The notes: generated from the letters alone by a model not told the origin. A DNA stretch of 64,000 bases from Acutalibacteraceae bacterium (GCA_045646485.1 JAZRKU010000058.1:596-64595), one strand, 5' to 3'; counted from the stretch's first letter, positions 1 through 9,800 are shown. A program made the numbers and translations.

Positions 1-615
1 GGAATACTCTGCAACTGTGCAATCATCTGAAAGAGAATGTACCTTTGTTGTGTCTTTACCACATTCAGGGCAGTAAATGTTGATTGGGTAATAAGCTTCT
101 CTTTCACCTGGCTGTGCTTCTTGTGTACGGTGACTGTCTAAAATATCGAAAATTTCGCCACGATGCTTTAAAGCGTGGATGATATGTTCTGTATATTTAC
201 CGCTTCTGTACATTTCTGCCTGATGGCGATAATCCATATCAATACCGAATTTTACAATAGATGTTTCAAATTCGTTTTCGAAATATTCTGCATAAGTTTT
301 AAATTCAGGTGCGTCAACGAATGGGTTTTTAACATCTACATAAGGGCAGCCTATGTATTTTTCCATATCGCTGTCAACAGCCGCAACATTTACAGGAACT
401 TTTCTGAGTCGGTCAAACTCGTCCCAGGAGAAAAGTAATCTTGCTTTTTTGCCCTTTTTTCTTAAAGCTCTTACTACAAAATAACTTGTAGCAATATCAC
501 GGAAGTTACCAATATGAATTGAGCCTGATGGGCTTATACCCGCAGCGCAAACATACTCTTCTTTTTCAGGGTTGCGTCTTATAATTCTTTCAGCAATTTC
601 TTCTGACCAATGCAT
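1..615 (-). CDS. lysK: Class I (archaeal-type) lysyl-tRNA synthetase, N-terminal 205 codons; gene continues beyond window start
   Basis: Own translation of minus strand from ATG 615-613: MHWSEEIAERIIRRNPEKEEYVCAAGISPSGSIHIGNFRDIATSYFVVRAL...CPECGKDTTKV. The GISPSGxIHIGNFR block is the HIGH-region signature of class I LysRS. Frame is open to base 1, so it is absent from the ORF track (no stop in window). Confidence 0.8.
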   Translation of the reverse strand, partial: MHWSEEIAERIIRRNPEKEEYVCAAGISPSGSIHIGNFRDIATSYFVVRALRKKGKKARLLFSWDEFDRLRKVPVNVAAVDSDMEKYIGCPYVDVKNPFVDAPEFKTYAEYFENEFETSIVKFGIDMDYRHQAEMYRSGKYTEHIIHALKHRGEIFDILDSHRTQEAQPGEREAYYPINIYCPECGKDTTKVHSLSDDCTVAEYS

Positions 616-710
616 TTTATCACTCTCGTTTTCTTAATATTTTGTTTTCATACAATCAACATAGTATTTTACAATAAATGTAACATTATGTCAATCTTTT
701 CTCGACTTTA

Positions 711-2009
711 TTATTGTGGAGATACAAAGTAAATTTTTGAAAAGTGGTCGTTATAATTCTCATGATAAATAGAAGTTCTTATAGAATTTGCTAATTCCTG
801 CATAGTATCATCATAGCCATCTGCATTTTCGCAATAGACAATTATGTATTCTTCATCGTTTTCGTACCATGCTTTTCTCATTTTTGAAACCGCATCATTA
901 TCATTGAATGATTTTAAAGTACAATCAGGAATTAAAAGACTGTCGTTACATTCAGGTGTAATTTTTTCGTAGTCGTGCTTATAGATACCATCAGAATCTT
1001 TAAAACCGAAGAATAAGAAAAATTTTTCACCATCAGCTGCTTCAAAATAAAAGTCCGAGTTTGTGGCATCTACATTGTACCATTTACCGTCAATTTTTAT
1101 AGCATTCCAAGTGTGACCTGCATCCTCTGGCTCTTCAGTATTATTTTCATTGTTTTTATCAGTTGTATCTTTGTTAACCTGTGGAATGTTAGGAAGAATA
1201 TTATTCTGGTTATCATCGGGAATTGAATACATTTTTTCAAAACAAGGAATACCCGCTAATTTGCATAAAAGGGAATACGCATTTGCAAAACCATCGCAGT
1301 TGCTTTTACCTACAACGAGTGTATCATATAAATATTCCTGCTTTTCTGAATAGTCAATATATTCTACATTTTCATGTAAATAAGTAAAAAGCATTTTTGC
1401 TTTGCTTAAGTCGTCAAGCCCTGTTGGGAGTCCTGATACAATATCTTTTGCTTTTTTTATTGCAGCTTCCTTGCTTTTGAGTGTTTTGTTATCGAAAATA
1501 TTTATATTAAATATATTTCCGTTGATAAGTGACACAATAGGTGTTCCGAGCCTTGTTTCACCATCAAAACGCACAGGGAAATTAGTTGTTTCCTGAAAAA
1601 CGTTATTTTGCTCTGCTATTGCTGAATCAAGTGTTAAAAAATTGAAAATATCAGAGTTACTGTATTTGGAATCTGCAAGAATTTTTTTATCTATGAATAC
1701 AACAGGCAAGGAGTTATCAAGTGCAAATTCAAAAGCCTTGTAAATGATTTTTTCTGATTCATTTAAGTTTTCGTAATACTGATATTGATTATATTGCTTG
1801 TAAACAGATTGATAATTTTCTAATTCATCGAAGGTTACTCTTGTAAAGTCGGTGCTTGTTACAGAGTTATAATCTGTTTTTGAAAAAGCAATAAATTTTT
1901 CTTCTTTAAAAACCTTTGTTTCACTTGCTTGCACCGCTATAAAAGAAACGACTATAACAGCAACAATAGCCAATATTATAACGCGTATAGATTTTTTGTT
2001 CTTTTTCAT
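711..2009 (-). CDS. Membrane-anchored transglutaminase-like (Cys-His-Asp core) domain protein
   Basis: 432-aa ORF with N-terminal TM helix IRVIILAIVAVIVVSFIAV. C-terminal GKSNCDGFANAYSLLCKLAGIPC ... GHTWNAIKIDGKWYNVDAT fits transglutaminase-core Cys/His/Asp spacing. Confidence 0.7.
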   Translation of the reverse strand: MKKNKKSIRVIILAIVAVIVVSFIAVQASETKVFKEEKFIAFSKTDYNSVTSTDFTRVTFDELENYQSVYKQYNQYQYYENLNESEKIIYKAFEFALDNSLPVVFIDKKILADSKYSNSDIFNFLTLDSAIAEQNNVFQETTNFPVRFDGETRLGTPIVSLINGNIFNINIFDNKTLKSKEAAIKKAKDIVSGLPTGLDDLSKAKMLFTYLHENVEYIDYSEKQEYLYDTLVVGKSNCDGFANAYSLLCKLAGIPCFEKMYSIPDDNQNNILPNIPQVNKDTTDKNNENNTEEPEDAGHTWNAIKIDGKWYNVDATNSDFYFEAADGEKFFLFFGFKDSDGIYKHDYEKITPECNDSLLIPDCTLKSFNDNDAVSKMRKAWYENDEEYIIVYCENADGYDDTMQELANSIRTSIYHENYNDHFSKIYFVSPQ

Positions 2010-2027
2010 TATGTCACCCCAAAATAT

Positions 2028-3467
2028 TTATCTGCAGTTTTCAAGCACCTTAAGAAGAATTTTGAAAATTCCTTCAGTAGAAGAAACAGAAAGTCTTTCT
2101 TTCACTGTATGAACGTCGAACATTGTAGGACCTATTGAAATGCAGTCAAAGTCTTTTATTTTTGATGCGAACACACCACATTCGAGACCTGCGTGAATTG
2201 CTTCTACTTTAAGTGCTTTGCCTGTTTCGTTTTCGTAAATATCTTTATAGAGCTTTTGCAAAACAGAATTATTGTTAAATTCCCAAGACGGATATTTATC
2301 AAAAATAGAAAATTCACAAGGTAAAATACTGAAAAATGTTTTTAACTTATTTTCCAATGCAACCATAGCACTTTCTTTGTTGCTTCTTAAAGAAATATGA
2401 ATTTCAGTAGAGTCTTCTTTTGTTGTTAAAATGCCGAGATTAAGGGAAGTTTCAACAAGTCCTTTAATTTCTGCGCTCATATCAACAACACCATTTGGCA
2501 CACAAGCTAAAGCATAAATTATAGCATTAGCACTTTCTTTGCTTATAGCTTTAAATGTAGCATTTTCAAGTGGGTTTATCTGATAGGTGAAGTCAGGCTC
2601 GCGTACTGCAAATTCACTTTTAATAACTTCAAGATATTGGGATGCTTCTTTTATAAATTCATCTTTGTTATTTACGCAAAGTCTTATTTTTGTGAGATTT
2701 GTAATTGCGTTTGTTTTATTGCCACCATCAATGCTTAATAAATCAAAGCCTGTTGATTTTAAGTGGTTTAAAACACGACCTGCTAAAATATTAGCATTAA
2801 CTCTGCCCTTGTCAATTTCAATACCAGAGTGACCGCCCTGAAGACCTTTTAAGGTTAATTCAATTTCTGTGCCTGTTGCATTTTCTCTCACGAAGTTAAA
2901 GAAAACTTTAAAATCACTACCACCTGCACAGGAAACAGTCATTGTGTCATCTTCTTCAGAGTCAATGTTAATCATTTTTTTACTTGTTAATACTGAAGTG
3001 TCAAGCTTTGTTGCACCAATCATACCGATTTCTTCGTCAGTTGTAAAAAGTGCTTCAATAGGTGGATGGGTATAGTTATCGCTTTCTAAAATTGCCAAAA
3101 TACACGCAACTGCTATGCCATTATCTGCACCGAGTGTAGTATTTTTAGCCTTTACAAAATCACCATCAACAAAAACTTCCAATGAATCTTTTGTAAAGTC
3201 AACTGTACTGTATTCAGTTTTCTGACAAACCATATCAATATGACCTTGAAGAATAATCGGTTCTGCATTTTTCAGGTGTTTCGTTCCGTCTTTATAAATT
3301 ACTACATTGTTAGCATCATCGCGGTAATATTTAAGATTGTGTTCTTTTGCAAAATCAACGCAGAATGAAGCGATTTTATCCATATCACCTGAACCGTGTG
3401 GGATTTTTGTTATTTCTTCGAAATAATAAAAAACTCTTTCAGGTTGTAAATTTTTAAGTTGAGACAT
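2028..3467 (-). CDS. pepD: Aminoacyl-histidine (Xaa-His) dipeptidase, M20 family
   Basis: 479 aa. The blocks IPHGSGDMDKIASF, ILQGHIDMVCQK and TTLGADNGIAVA are collinear with PepD. Confidence 0.9.
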   Translation of the reverse strand: MSQLKNLQPERVFYYFEEITKIPHGSGDMDKIASFCVDFAKEHNLKYYRDDANNVVIYKDGTKHLKNAEPIILQGHIDMVCQKTEYSTVDFTKDSLEVFVDGDFVKAKNTTLGADNGIAVACILAILESDNYTHPPIEALFTTDEEIGMIGATKLDTSVLTSKKMINIDSEEDDTMTVSCAGGSDFKVFFNFVRENATGTEIELTLKGLQGGHSGIEIDKGRVNANILAGRVLNHLKSTGFDLLSIDGGNKTNAITNLTKIRLCVNNKDEFIKEASQYLEVIKSEFAVREPDFTYQINPLENATFKAISKESANAIIYALACVPNGVVDMSAEIKGLVETSLNLGILTTKEDSTEIHISLRSNKESAMVALENKLKTFFSILPCEFSIFDKYPSWEFNNNSVLQKLYKDIYENETGKALKVEAIHAGLECGVFASKIKDFDCISIGPTMFDVHTVKERLSVSSTEGIFKILLKVLENCR

Positions 3468-3471
3468 TATT

Positions 3472-4218
3472 TTAATTCCTTTCAGGCTCGTAATTAAATA
3501 CAGGCATAAGCTCTAATTTAAATTGGTTTATTCTGTGAAGATAATCTATTCTTTCCTTTGTTTTTTCATCTTCGCAAATACCTGTTCTTATATATTTGTC
3601 TAAAACTGCATAGGTAAAACCTAAATTGTCTTCGTCTGTTTTACCCTGAAGTCCGTCAATTGGTGTTTTTTCTGTGAATTTATCAGGAAGACCTAAAGCC
3701 TTACCGACTGCTTTTACTTCTTGTACTGTGAGTTTTGAAAGCGGCGAGAAATCTCCGACACTATCACCGTAGCGGGTAGAGTAGCCAACCCAGTCTTCAG
3801 AAAGATTACAAGTGTTTGCAACTCGTCCGTTCACACTCTGACTTACCGCATAAACACACGCCATACGAAGTCTTGGTGGAAGATTTGTTATAGCCTGAGT
3901 TGAGAGTTCAACATCGTTATTCTTAAACTCATTCATAAAACCATTAAAAGCATCTTTAATATTTATTGTTACAGATTTTATGCCTAAAAATTCAACAAGG
4001 TCTTTTGAAACATCAATGTCAAATTGCTCACCGTTCGGCATAAGCACACCAACAACGTTTTCTTTTCCTAAGGCTTCAACTAAAAGTGCGGCAACAACAG
4101 AACTATCTTTGCCACCGGAAATACCTAAAACACCTTTGCAGCCTTTTCCGTTTTCAGAAAACCAATTTTTAATCCATTCCACAATATCATTTTTTACTTT
4201 TTCTGCATTAAAATCCAT
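3472..4218 (-). CDS. nadE: NH3-dependent NAD+ synthetase
   Basis: 248 aa with PP-loop motif GISGGKDSSVVAALL; NadE-like length and C-terminal blocks. Confidence 0.9.
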   Translation of the reverse strand: MDFNAEKVKNDIVEWIKNWFSENGKGCKGVLGISGGKDSSVVAALLVEALGKENVVGVLMPNGEQFDIDVSKDLVEFLGIKSVTINIKDAFNGFMNEFKNNDVELSTQAITNLPPRLRMACVYAVSQSVNGRVANTCNLSEDWVGYSTRYGDSVGDFSPLSKLTVQEVKAVGKALGLPDKFTEKTPIDGLQGKTDEDNLGFTYAVLDKYIRTGICEDEKTKERIDYLHRINQFKLELMPVFNYEPERN

Positions 4219-4335
4219 AAAATCACCTTAAAAATATAATCAATAAAATTATATATTTTTTTTCGTTTCTTTTCAATGTTTTTTTAATAATAATACATAA
4301 AAAACGTATTTCATAGCAATCATTCGGATTGTAAC

Positions 4336-4363
4336 TTGTTTTTTCGGGGGGGTGTGCTATAAT
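4336..4363 (+). promoter_or_regulatory. Candidate promoter of the LRR/FN3 surface protein gene, with G7 tract in the spacer
   Basis: TTGTTT-16 nt-TGcTATAAT. The spacer contains TTTCGGGGGGG. Confidence 0.5.
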
Positions 4364-4398
4364 ATAAACAAGCCTTATGGGTAAAGGAGGATTTATTT

Positions 4399-5886
4399 AT
4401 GAAAAGAATAATCAGAAATACGTTGGCTGTTATTGTTGTTTTATGCCTTGTTATATCTACAGCTACCATTGCTTTTGCTGAGAAGGTTATTAAGGGTGAA
4501 CCCAATTATGGATTCACTTGTGAGCTTGATACAAAAAGTGGTGTTTTGACAATCGGCGGTCTTGGAATGCTCTTTGCAGGAGATGTGGAAAGTGCTCTGA
4601 ATACAAATGATATGTCAATTGTTAAAGAGATTGTTATAAAAGAGGGGATTACGCTGATTCATATCACAAATTGGCTTGGTCCGTCTGATTTCAGTAACGT
4701 AAAAAAAATTACCATTCCCGAAACGCTTAAGCGTATAAGAATAGATACATTTGTGAACTGTGAGTCACTTGAAGAAGTTAACTATGGTGGTGACGAGGCT
4801 TCGTGGAAGAATATAATTTTCGACGAAGGAAACGAGCTTGTTGAAACCGCGAAAGTGAATTACAATTGTTCTGTGCCTCAGACAGAGGGTGCTGACAAGT
4901 GTGAAAAAGAGCTTATTCTTGAAAAAAGCTACGTAGAAAGAAATTATAAATGTACAATGGATTTTTATACCGGAGTGTTTACGGTTTCTCCGATTTCAAC
5001 AGTTTCTTCTGCAGGAGTACGTGTGACGGAGAATTTGTCTGAAGCATTATATATAGAAACAAAACATTTTGATGGTTACTATGCAGATTCAATAGTGGAA
5101 AAAGTTGTTTTTGAATCGGGTATTTCAGAAATTGGCACAGACGTGCTGAGAAATAAAAAAATTAAAAGTGTAGTTATTCCGAAGAGCGTTAAGAAAATTG
5201 CAGATGAATGCTTTGGAGATATGAACAATTTCGAGAAATGTTCGTTGACGGATGTTTATTACACAGGTGATATTTCAGATTGGAATTCAATTGACATCGG
5301 TATAAACAATATTCCGTTGGTTTTAGCAAATAAACATTATAATGAAAAAGTTTCGGCGAAAGAACTTAAGTTCAAACTTTCTGCCACAAACTATGTTTAT
5401 GATGGTGAGTTAAAGTATCCTGAGGTTACCGTGACAGATGCATATGGTGAACTTCTCGAGGAAAACACCGATTTTTATGTTGTGTATTACTCGGGTGTGG
5501 ATAGTGCTATGCCAGGCAAATACAAAATTCTTGTTAAATTTATAGGTGAATATTCAGGACGTAAAACGCTCAGTTATTACGTAAGACCTAAAGCACCGGT
5601 TATTTCAAGTGCCTCTAAGCGTGATGGTGGTTTTACCGTAACATGGAATAAATACGACAGAATGAAAAACGGTTCGGTAGATGGCTATGAGGTTCAGTAT
5701 AGTACGTCATCTGATTTTAAATCATCTACAACAATAACAATGAAAAACCGTAACAGCTATGCAAAAAAGGTAACAGGCTTAAAGTCAGGTAAAAAATATT
5801 ACGTAAGAGTAAGGGCAATTAAAAATGTAGGTAGCGGCTACATTCGCTCTGCATGGTCGTCAACAAAAACTGTAAAAGCAGGTTAA
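4399..5886 (+). CDS. Secreted surface protein with BspA-type leucine-rich repeats and Ig/fibronectin-III-like C-terminal domains
   Basis: Signal peptide MKRIIRNTLAVIVVLCLVISTATIAFA. LRR_5-like units (ITIPETLKRIRIDTFVNCESLEEVNY; VVIPKSVKKIADECF). FN3-like tail (PKAPVISSASKRDGGFTVTWNKY...YYVRVRAIK). SD AAAGGAGG lies 8 nt before the ATG. Confidence 0.6.
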   Translation: MKRIIRNTLAVIVVLCLVISTATIAFAEKVIKGEPNYGFTCELDTKSGVLTIGGLGMLFAGDVESALNTNDMSIVKEIVIKEGITLIHITNWLGPSDFSNVKKITIPETLKRIRIDTFVNCESLEEVNYGGDEASWKNIIFDEGNELVETAKVNYNCSVPQTEGADKCEKELILEKSYVERNYKCTMDFYTGVFTVSPISTVSSAGVRVTENLSEALYIETKHFDGYYADSIVEKVVFESGISEIGTDVLRNKKIKSVVIPKSVKKIADECFGDMNNFEKCSLTDVYYTGDISDWNSIDIGINNIPLVLANKHYNEKVSAKELKFKLSATNYVYDGELKYPEVTVTDAYGELLEENTDFYVVYYSGVDSAMPGKYKILVKFIGEYSGRKTLSYYVRPKAPVISSASKRDGGFTVTWNKYDRMKNGSVDGYEVQYSTSSDFKSSTTITMKNRNSYAKKVTGLKSGKKYYVRVRAIKNVGSGYIRSAWSSTKTVKAG

Positions 5887-5913
5887 ATTATTACTTTGTG
5901 TGTTTAATTAAAG

Positions 5914-5952
5914 TCATCCTCTTTGTCTATTATGGCAGAGAGGATGTTTTTT
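5914..5952 (+). terminator. Rho-independent terminator after the LRR/FN3 gene
   Basis: CATCCTCT...AGAGGATG stem followed by T7. Confidence 0.8.
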
Positions 5953-6036
5953 TAAAATTATTTACGAAAATATGTTGAAAGAATCTGAAAAAATTATTAT
6001 AATGATACTATCAAAATTATAATGAGGTTTTGTGGT

Positions 6037-7533
6037 ATGACAATCAGTACTTTAATAAAATCTTTGATTCAGTATGCAGTTAATGAGGGGTTGCTCAGTA
6101 AAGAAGATAAAATCTGGGCGACAAACAGAGTTCTTGAGATTTTGCAACTCAACTCAATTGATGAAGATGCTGTTGCAGAAGATATAACTCTTGAAGAAAT
6201 TTTAAAAGGCATTCTTGATTATGCTTGTGAAAATGGTCTTTGTGAAAACAGTGTTGTTTACAGAGATTTGCTTGATGCAAAAATTATGGGTGTATTGCTT
6301 CCGAGACCATCAGAGGTAATTAAAACATTTAAAGAGAAATATGCTGATTCTCCTGAGGAAGCAACTGATTATTATTATCATCTTTCCCGAAAGAGTGACT
6401 ATATAAGAGAATATCGTGTAAAAAATGATATGAAGTGGGTTACTTCTACAGATTACGGCGATATTGATATTACAATAAATCTTTCGAAGCCTGAAAAGGA
6501 CCCTAAAGCGATTGCGGCTGCAGCGAAGCTGGAGGCATCGTCTTACCCATCTTGCCTTCTTTGTAAAGAAAACGAGGGTTATAGCGGAAGAGTAAATCAT
6601 CCTGCACGTCAAAATCACAGAATAATACCTGTTACATTAGAAGGTGACGATTACTTCTTACAGTATTCACCATATGTTTATTATAATGAGCACTGCATTG
6701 TTTTTGATTCGAATCACGTGCCTATGAAAATAAGCGAAAAAGGGTTCAGAAGATTGTTTTCTTTTGTAGAGCAATTCCCACATTATTTTATAGGTTCAAA
6801 CTCAGATTTACCGATTTCAGGTGGTTCAATACTCAGCCACGAGCATTTCCAGGGCGGTAACTACACATTTGCAATGGCAAAAGCAGAGATTGAAACCGAG
6901 GTTAAATTTGATGGCTTTGATGATATTAAAGCGGGTATTGTAAAATGGCCGATGTCTGTAATAAGACTTATTGGTGAAGATACTGACAGACTTTGTACAC
7001 TCGCAGGAAAAATCCTTTCAGAGTGGCGTGATTACAGTGATGACGAGGCTTTCATAATTGCAAAAACTGATGATGGTGTTCCTCATAACACAATTACACC
7101 AATTACACGTTTCAGAAATGGTAAGTACGAAATAGATTTGGTTTTAAGAAATAATATTACAACAGAAGAATGTCCTGACGGATATTATCATCCGCACAAA
7201 GCGTTTCATAACATCAAAAAAGAAAATATTGGTCTTATTGAGGTTATGGGTCTTGCGGTTCTTCCTGCTCGTCTTAAATCAGAAATGCAAATGCTCAAAG
7301 AGGCTATTCTTAATAACGAGGATATCAGTGCAAATGAAGCTATAAGTAAACACGCTTCATGGGCAGAAAAGTACATTAAAACGCAAAATATAACAGAAGA
7401 AAATTGTGATGATGTTATAAGAGATGCAATTGGTAAAACATTTGCTCAGATTCTTGAACAATGTGGCGTTTTTGAAAGAAATGAAACAGGTAAAAAGCAG
7501 TTCTTGAAATTTATTGAATCAGTTAATAAATAA
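6037..7533 (+). CDS. galT: Galactose-1-phosphate uridylyltransferase (type 2, Firmicute ~500-aa form)
   Basis: SHEHFQGG active-site block, CLLCKENEGY, and typical length. Start moved to ATG 6037 (MTISTLIKSL...) because GAGG lies ~8 nt upstream; the track start 6022 has no SD. Confidence 0.9.
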   Translation: MTISTLIKSLIQYAVNEGLLSKEDKIWATNRVLEILQLNSIDEDAVAEDITLEEILKGILDYACENGLCENSVVYRDLLDAKIMGVLLPRPSEVIKTFKEKYADSPEEATDYYYHLSRKSDYIREYRVKNDMKWVTSTDYGDIDITINLSKPEKDPKAIAAAAKLEASSYPSCLLCKENEGYSGRVNHPARQNHRIIPVTLEGDDYFLQYSPYVYYNEHCIVFDSNHVPMKISEKGFRRLFSFVEQFPHYFIGSNSDLPISGGSILSHEHFQGGNYTFAMAKAEIETEVKFDGFDDIKAGIVKWPMSVIRLIGEDTDRLCTLAGKILSEWRDYSDDEAFIIAKTDDGVPHNTITPITRFRNGKYEIDLVLRNNITTEECPDGYYHPHKAFHNIKKENIGLIEVMGLAVLPARLKSEMQMLKEAILNNEDISANEAISKHASWAEKYIKTQNITEENCDDVIRDAIGKTFAQILEQCGVFERNETGKKQFLKFIESVNK

Positions 7534-7573
7534 AAAAATTCACCGATATTTTAAATATCGGTGAATTTTTTTT
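7534..7573. terminator. Bidirectional terminator between galT and GT2 paralog A
   Basis: AATTCACCGATAT/ATATCGGTGAATT stem flanked by an A-run and a T-run. Confidence 0.85.
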
Positions 7574-9683
7574 ATTCTTCGATTAAGAATGCTACTTGCT
7601 TATAAAGTGGGCTTTGCTTTATTGCTAACAATTGAGGGTCGTTCGGTGCGAATGCACTGAGCATAGTTTTTAATTGTTGTGCCATTGCAATAAGCTCTGG
7701 TGTGGCTTCTGTTACATTTGCTTTTTTTCTTTGTTCTTCTTCCTTCTGGAATTCTTCAATAAGAAACTCTACAACAGATTTTGCCTGAGGGACCTTTGCC
7801 AAAGCAGTTCTCAGAGTTTTTATGTATTCTAACGGATGAGAATCTTTTTCATTTGTTGCCTTTACAAGATACCAGCAGAACAAATGGAGTGCAGGAATAA
7901 AAGCGACGCTTTCTTCGTTTTTTAAGAGCTTAGGGTTGTAGCAGGTGTTTAAATATTCATTTGCTATAATTACAAAGGCTTTTAAGAGCTTTGATTTTTT
8001 ATCTGGCTCAAAATTGGCTTCTGAGTTAAAAACAACTGAAAGCATTAAGTTGAAAATAAATGAAATGTGTGGCCAATTGTTAAACTTGTTCACATCTGAG
8101 TAATGTTCAGATATAACGTCGATAATGTCGCTGCTTGATTTAGTTAATTCATTTATTAAATAAGCCAGACGTGACGAAGACACAGAGTAAAACTCGTTTG
8201 GCAAATCAGCCTTTAAAATTAAGCTTTTCTTCAGGGCAGATGCCATAAATTCATCAAAATTCTCTACTTTTAGCAAAAGCTTTTCAGTCTCTTCACTTGA
8301 TGTTGAATTCAATATTTTTGCACAAATACCGAGTGTAGGGGAAACTTCTGAAAAAAGCATATAACTATCGGAAGTCTGATTGTTTTCAAAAAGCTCAGAA
8401 ATTTTAGAGAAAACGTGAGTGTAGGTGCGGTTTGAGAAATCAGCAATTTTATTGAATAAGCTCTTGATGAAGTTACTGATTTGTGAAATATTCTTTTGAG
8501 TAACGGGAATATTTGAAACCGCTTTAAACCAATTGTTGATTATGTTGACAGAAATGTTATTGAGGTCTGTCTGGATAAGAATTTTAACTGCTTCATCTGT
8601 TCTGTTTTCTTCAAGCATTGCATTAGCAATAATTGCACGGATTTCACTTCTGTGAGAAACGTTTGCGTGAAGAAGAGAGAGTGTTATGCTTTCAAGAGTT
8701 GCCTTGTTGCTTTGTTTTTTCTTCGCTTCGACTGCAGTTAAATATTCCTTACCTGCTTTTATGCATTCCTGAAATTTACTCTTACTGTAAAGATATTTTA
8801 CGTAAACGTATTTTGTATCTATTGTGGTGTGCTCAGAGTTCGGGAAGGTTTTAAATGTCCAGCTGAACCATTCTTCCTGTGCAGGGTCTGAATCGTAATT
8901 CATATATAAAGCAACCTGCTTGGCGGTATTTGCAGCTGCAGATTCCCAATCCTTCGTTCCTCTTTTAACAGAAAGAAGCTTTTCTTTGGCATGTTGTGTG
9001 TAATAACGGCGGTTAGAGGCGTTAGCGGCAGAAGATTCAAGACATTGCAGAATCGTTCTCAGAGAGTCGGGGTCTTCCTTTAATTTCTGCTCTAAAAGCT
9101 CTATGTTTCTTGCTTCTTTTTTTGCCTTGTGTTCAGGTGAAATAAAGGCGTAGCCATCGTGGTCAAAAAGAGTGTTTGTCAATACATAAACATCATCATA
9201 GGTTAAAGCGGTGTCAAAATGTTCGTGGATTGCACCTGTGTAACGTGTGCCAAGGTCCATACGGCACATTCTTATTGCGTTAAAATCTGAATAATTCCCA
9301 TCTAAGTTTTTACTGAAATGATTGCGGATTACTACAGTTGCCTGATACATTTTATCTGCGGAAGGGCTTTTTAAGAAATCGGTAAGTTCCTGAACATCCG
9401 AGGCAAAATATTCATCTGCATCAAGTGTTAAAAACCATTTACCACTTGAACGCTCCATAACTGCATTTCTTGCTGCAGAAAAATCATTAACCCATTCAAA
9501 ATTGAAAAGGATATCTGCATATTTTGAAGCTATTTCAACTGTTTTATCGGTTGAACCTGTGTCTGCAATGATTAATTCACAAGAAATTGCCTGTCTCAAA
9601 GGCTCGAGCGCCTTAAGACATTTTTCGAGACAACGCTCCTCATTTTTAACAATCATACCTATTGATAATAAGGGTTGTGACAT
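7572..9683 (-). CDS. Cytoplasmic GT2-family glycosyltransferase with long helical-repeat (TPR-like) C-terminal region; paralog A
   Basis: 703 aa with no signal peptide or TM. N-terminal GT-A blocks are LSIGMIVKNEERCLEKCLKAL, IIADTGSTDKT, NDFSAARN, TLDADEYF, AIHEHF and DHDGYA. Paralogous to 52474-54405 and 54423-56498. Confidence 0.75.
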   Translation of the reverse strand: MSQPLLSIGMIVKNEERCLEKCLKALEPLRQAISCELIIADTGSTDKTVEIASKYADILFNFEWVNDFSAARNAVMERSSGKWFLTLDADEYFASDVQELTDFLKSPSADKMYQATVVIRNHFSKNLDGNYSDFNAIRMCRMDLGTRYTGAIHEHFDTALTYDDVYVLTNTLFDHDGYAFISPEHKAKKEARNIELLEQKLKEDPDSLRTILQCLESSAANASNRRYYTQHAKEKLLSVKRGTKDWESAAANTAKQVALYMNYDSDPAQEEWFSWTFKTFPNSEHTTIDTKYVYVKYLYSKSKFQECIKAGKEYLTAVEAKKKQSNKATLESITLSLLHANVSHRSEIRAIIANAMLEENRTDEAVKILIQTDLNNISVNIINNWFKAVSNIPVTQKNISQISNFIKSLFNKIADFSNRTYTHVFSKISELFENNQTSDSYMLFSEVSPTLGICAKILNSTSSEETEKLLLKVENFDEFMASALKKSLILKADLPNEFYSVSSSRLAYLINELTKSSSDIIDVISEHYSDVNKFNNWPHISFIFNLMLSVVFNSEANFEPDKKSKLLKAFVIIANEYLNTCYNPKLLKNEESVAFIPALHLFCWYLVKATNEKDSHPLEYIKTLRTALAKVPQAKSVVEFLIEEFQKEEEQRKKANVTEATPELIAMAQQLKTMLSAFAPNDPQLLAIKQSPLYKQVAFLIEE

Positions 9684-9713
9684 ATTTACACCTACTCTAA
9701 AAAATATAAAATA

Positions 9714-9742
9714 ATTATAACAGAAAAAAATGAGTTTTACAA
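9714..9742 (-). promoter_or_regulatory. Sigma-A-type promoter of GT2 paralog A
   Basis: Minus strand TTGTAA-17 nt-TGtTATAAT, between the dnaJ terminator and the GT start. Confidence 0.6.
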
Positions 9743-9756
9743 CTCGTAATCATAAA

Positions 9757-9800
9757 ATGAAAAGCAGAATCTGAAAAACGGATTCAGATTCTGCTTTTTG
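9757..9800 (-). terminator. Terminator after dnaJ
   Basis: 14-bp stem AAAGCAGAATCTGA/TCAGATTCTGCTTT followed on the minus strand by UUUUCAUUUU. Confidence 0.8.

Noticed and set aside
175-438. 87-aa plus-strand ORF at the window start
   Set aside because: It is antisense to the class I LysRS coding frame, which has unmistakable motifs. It has no SD and an implausible composition.
616-710. T-box or other riboswitch leader upstream of the lysyl-tRNA synthetase gene
   Set aside because: The intergenic region is only ~95 bp and shows no specifier or T-box-like sequence. It is too short for a T-box leader.
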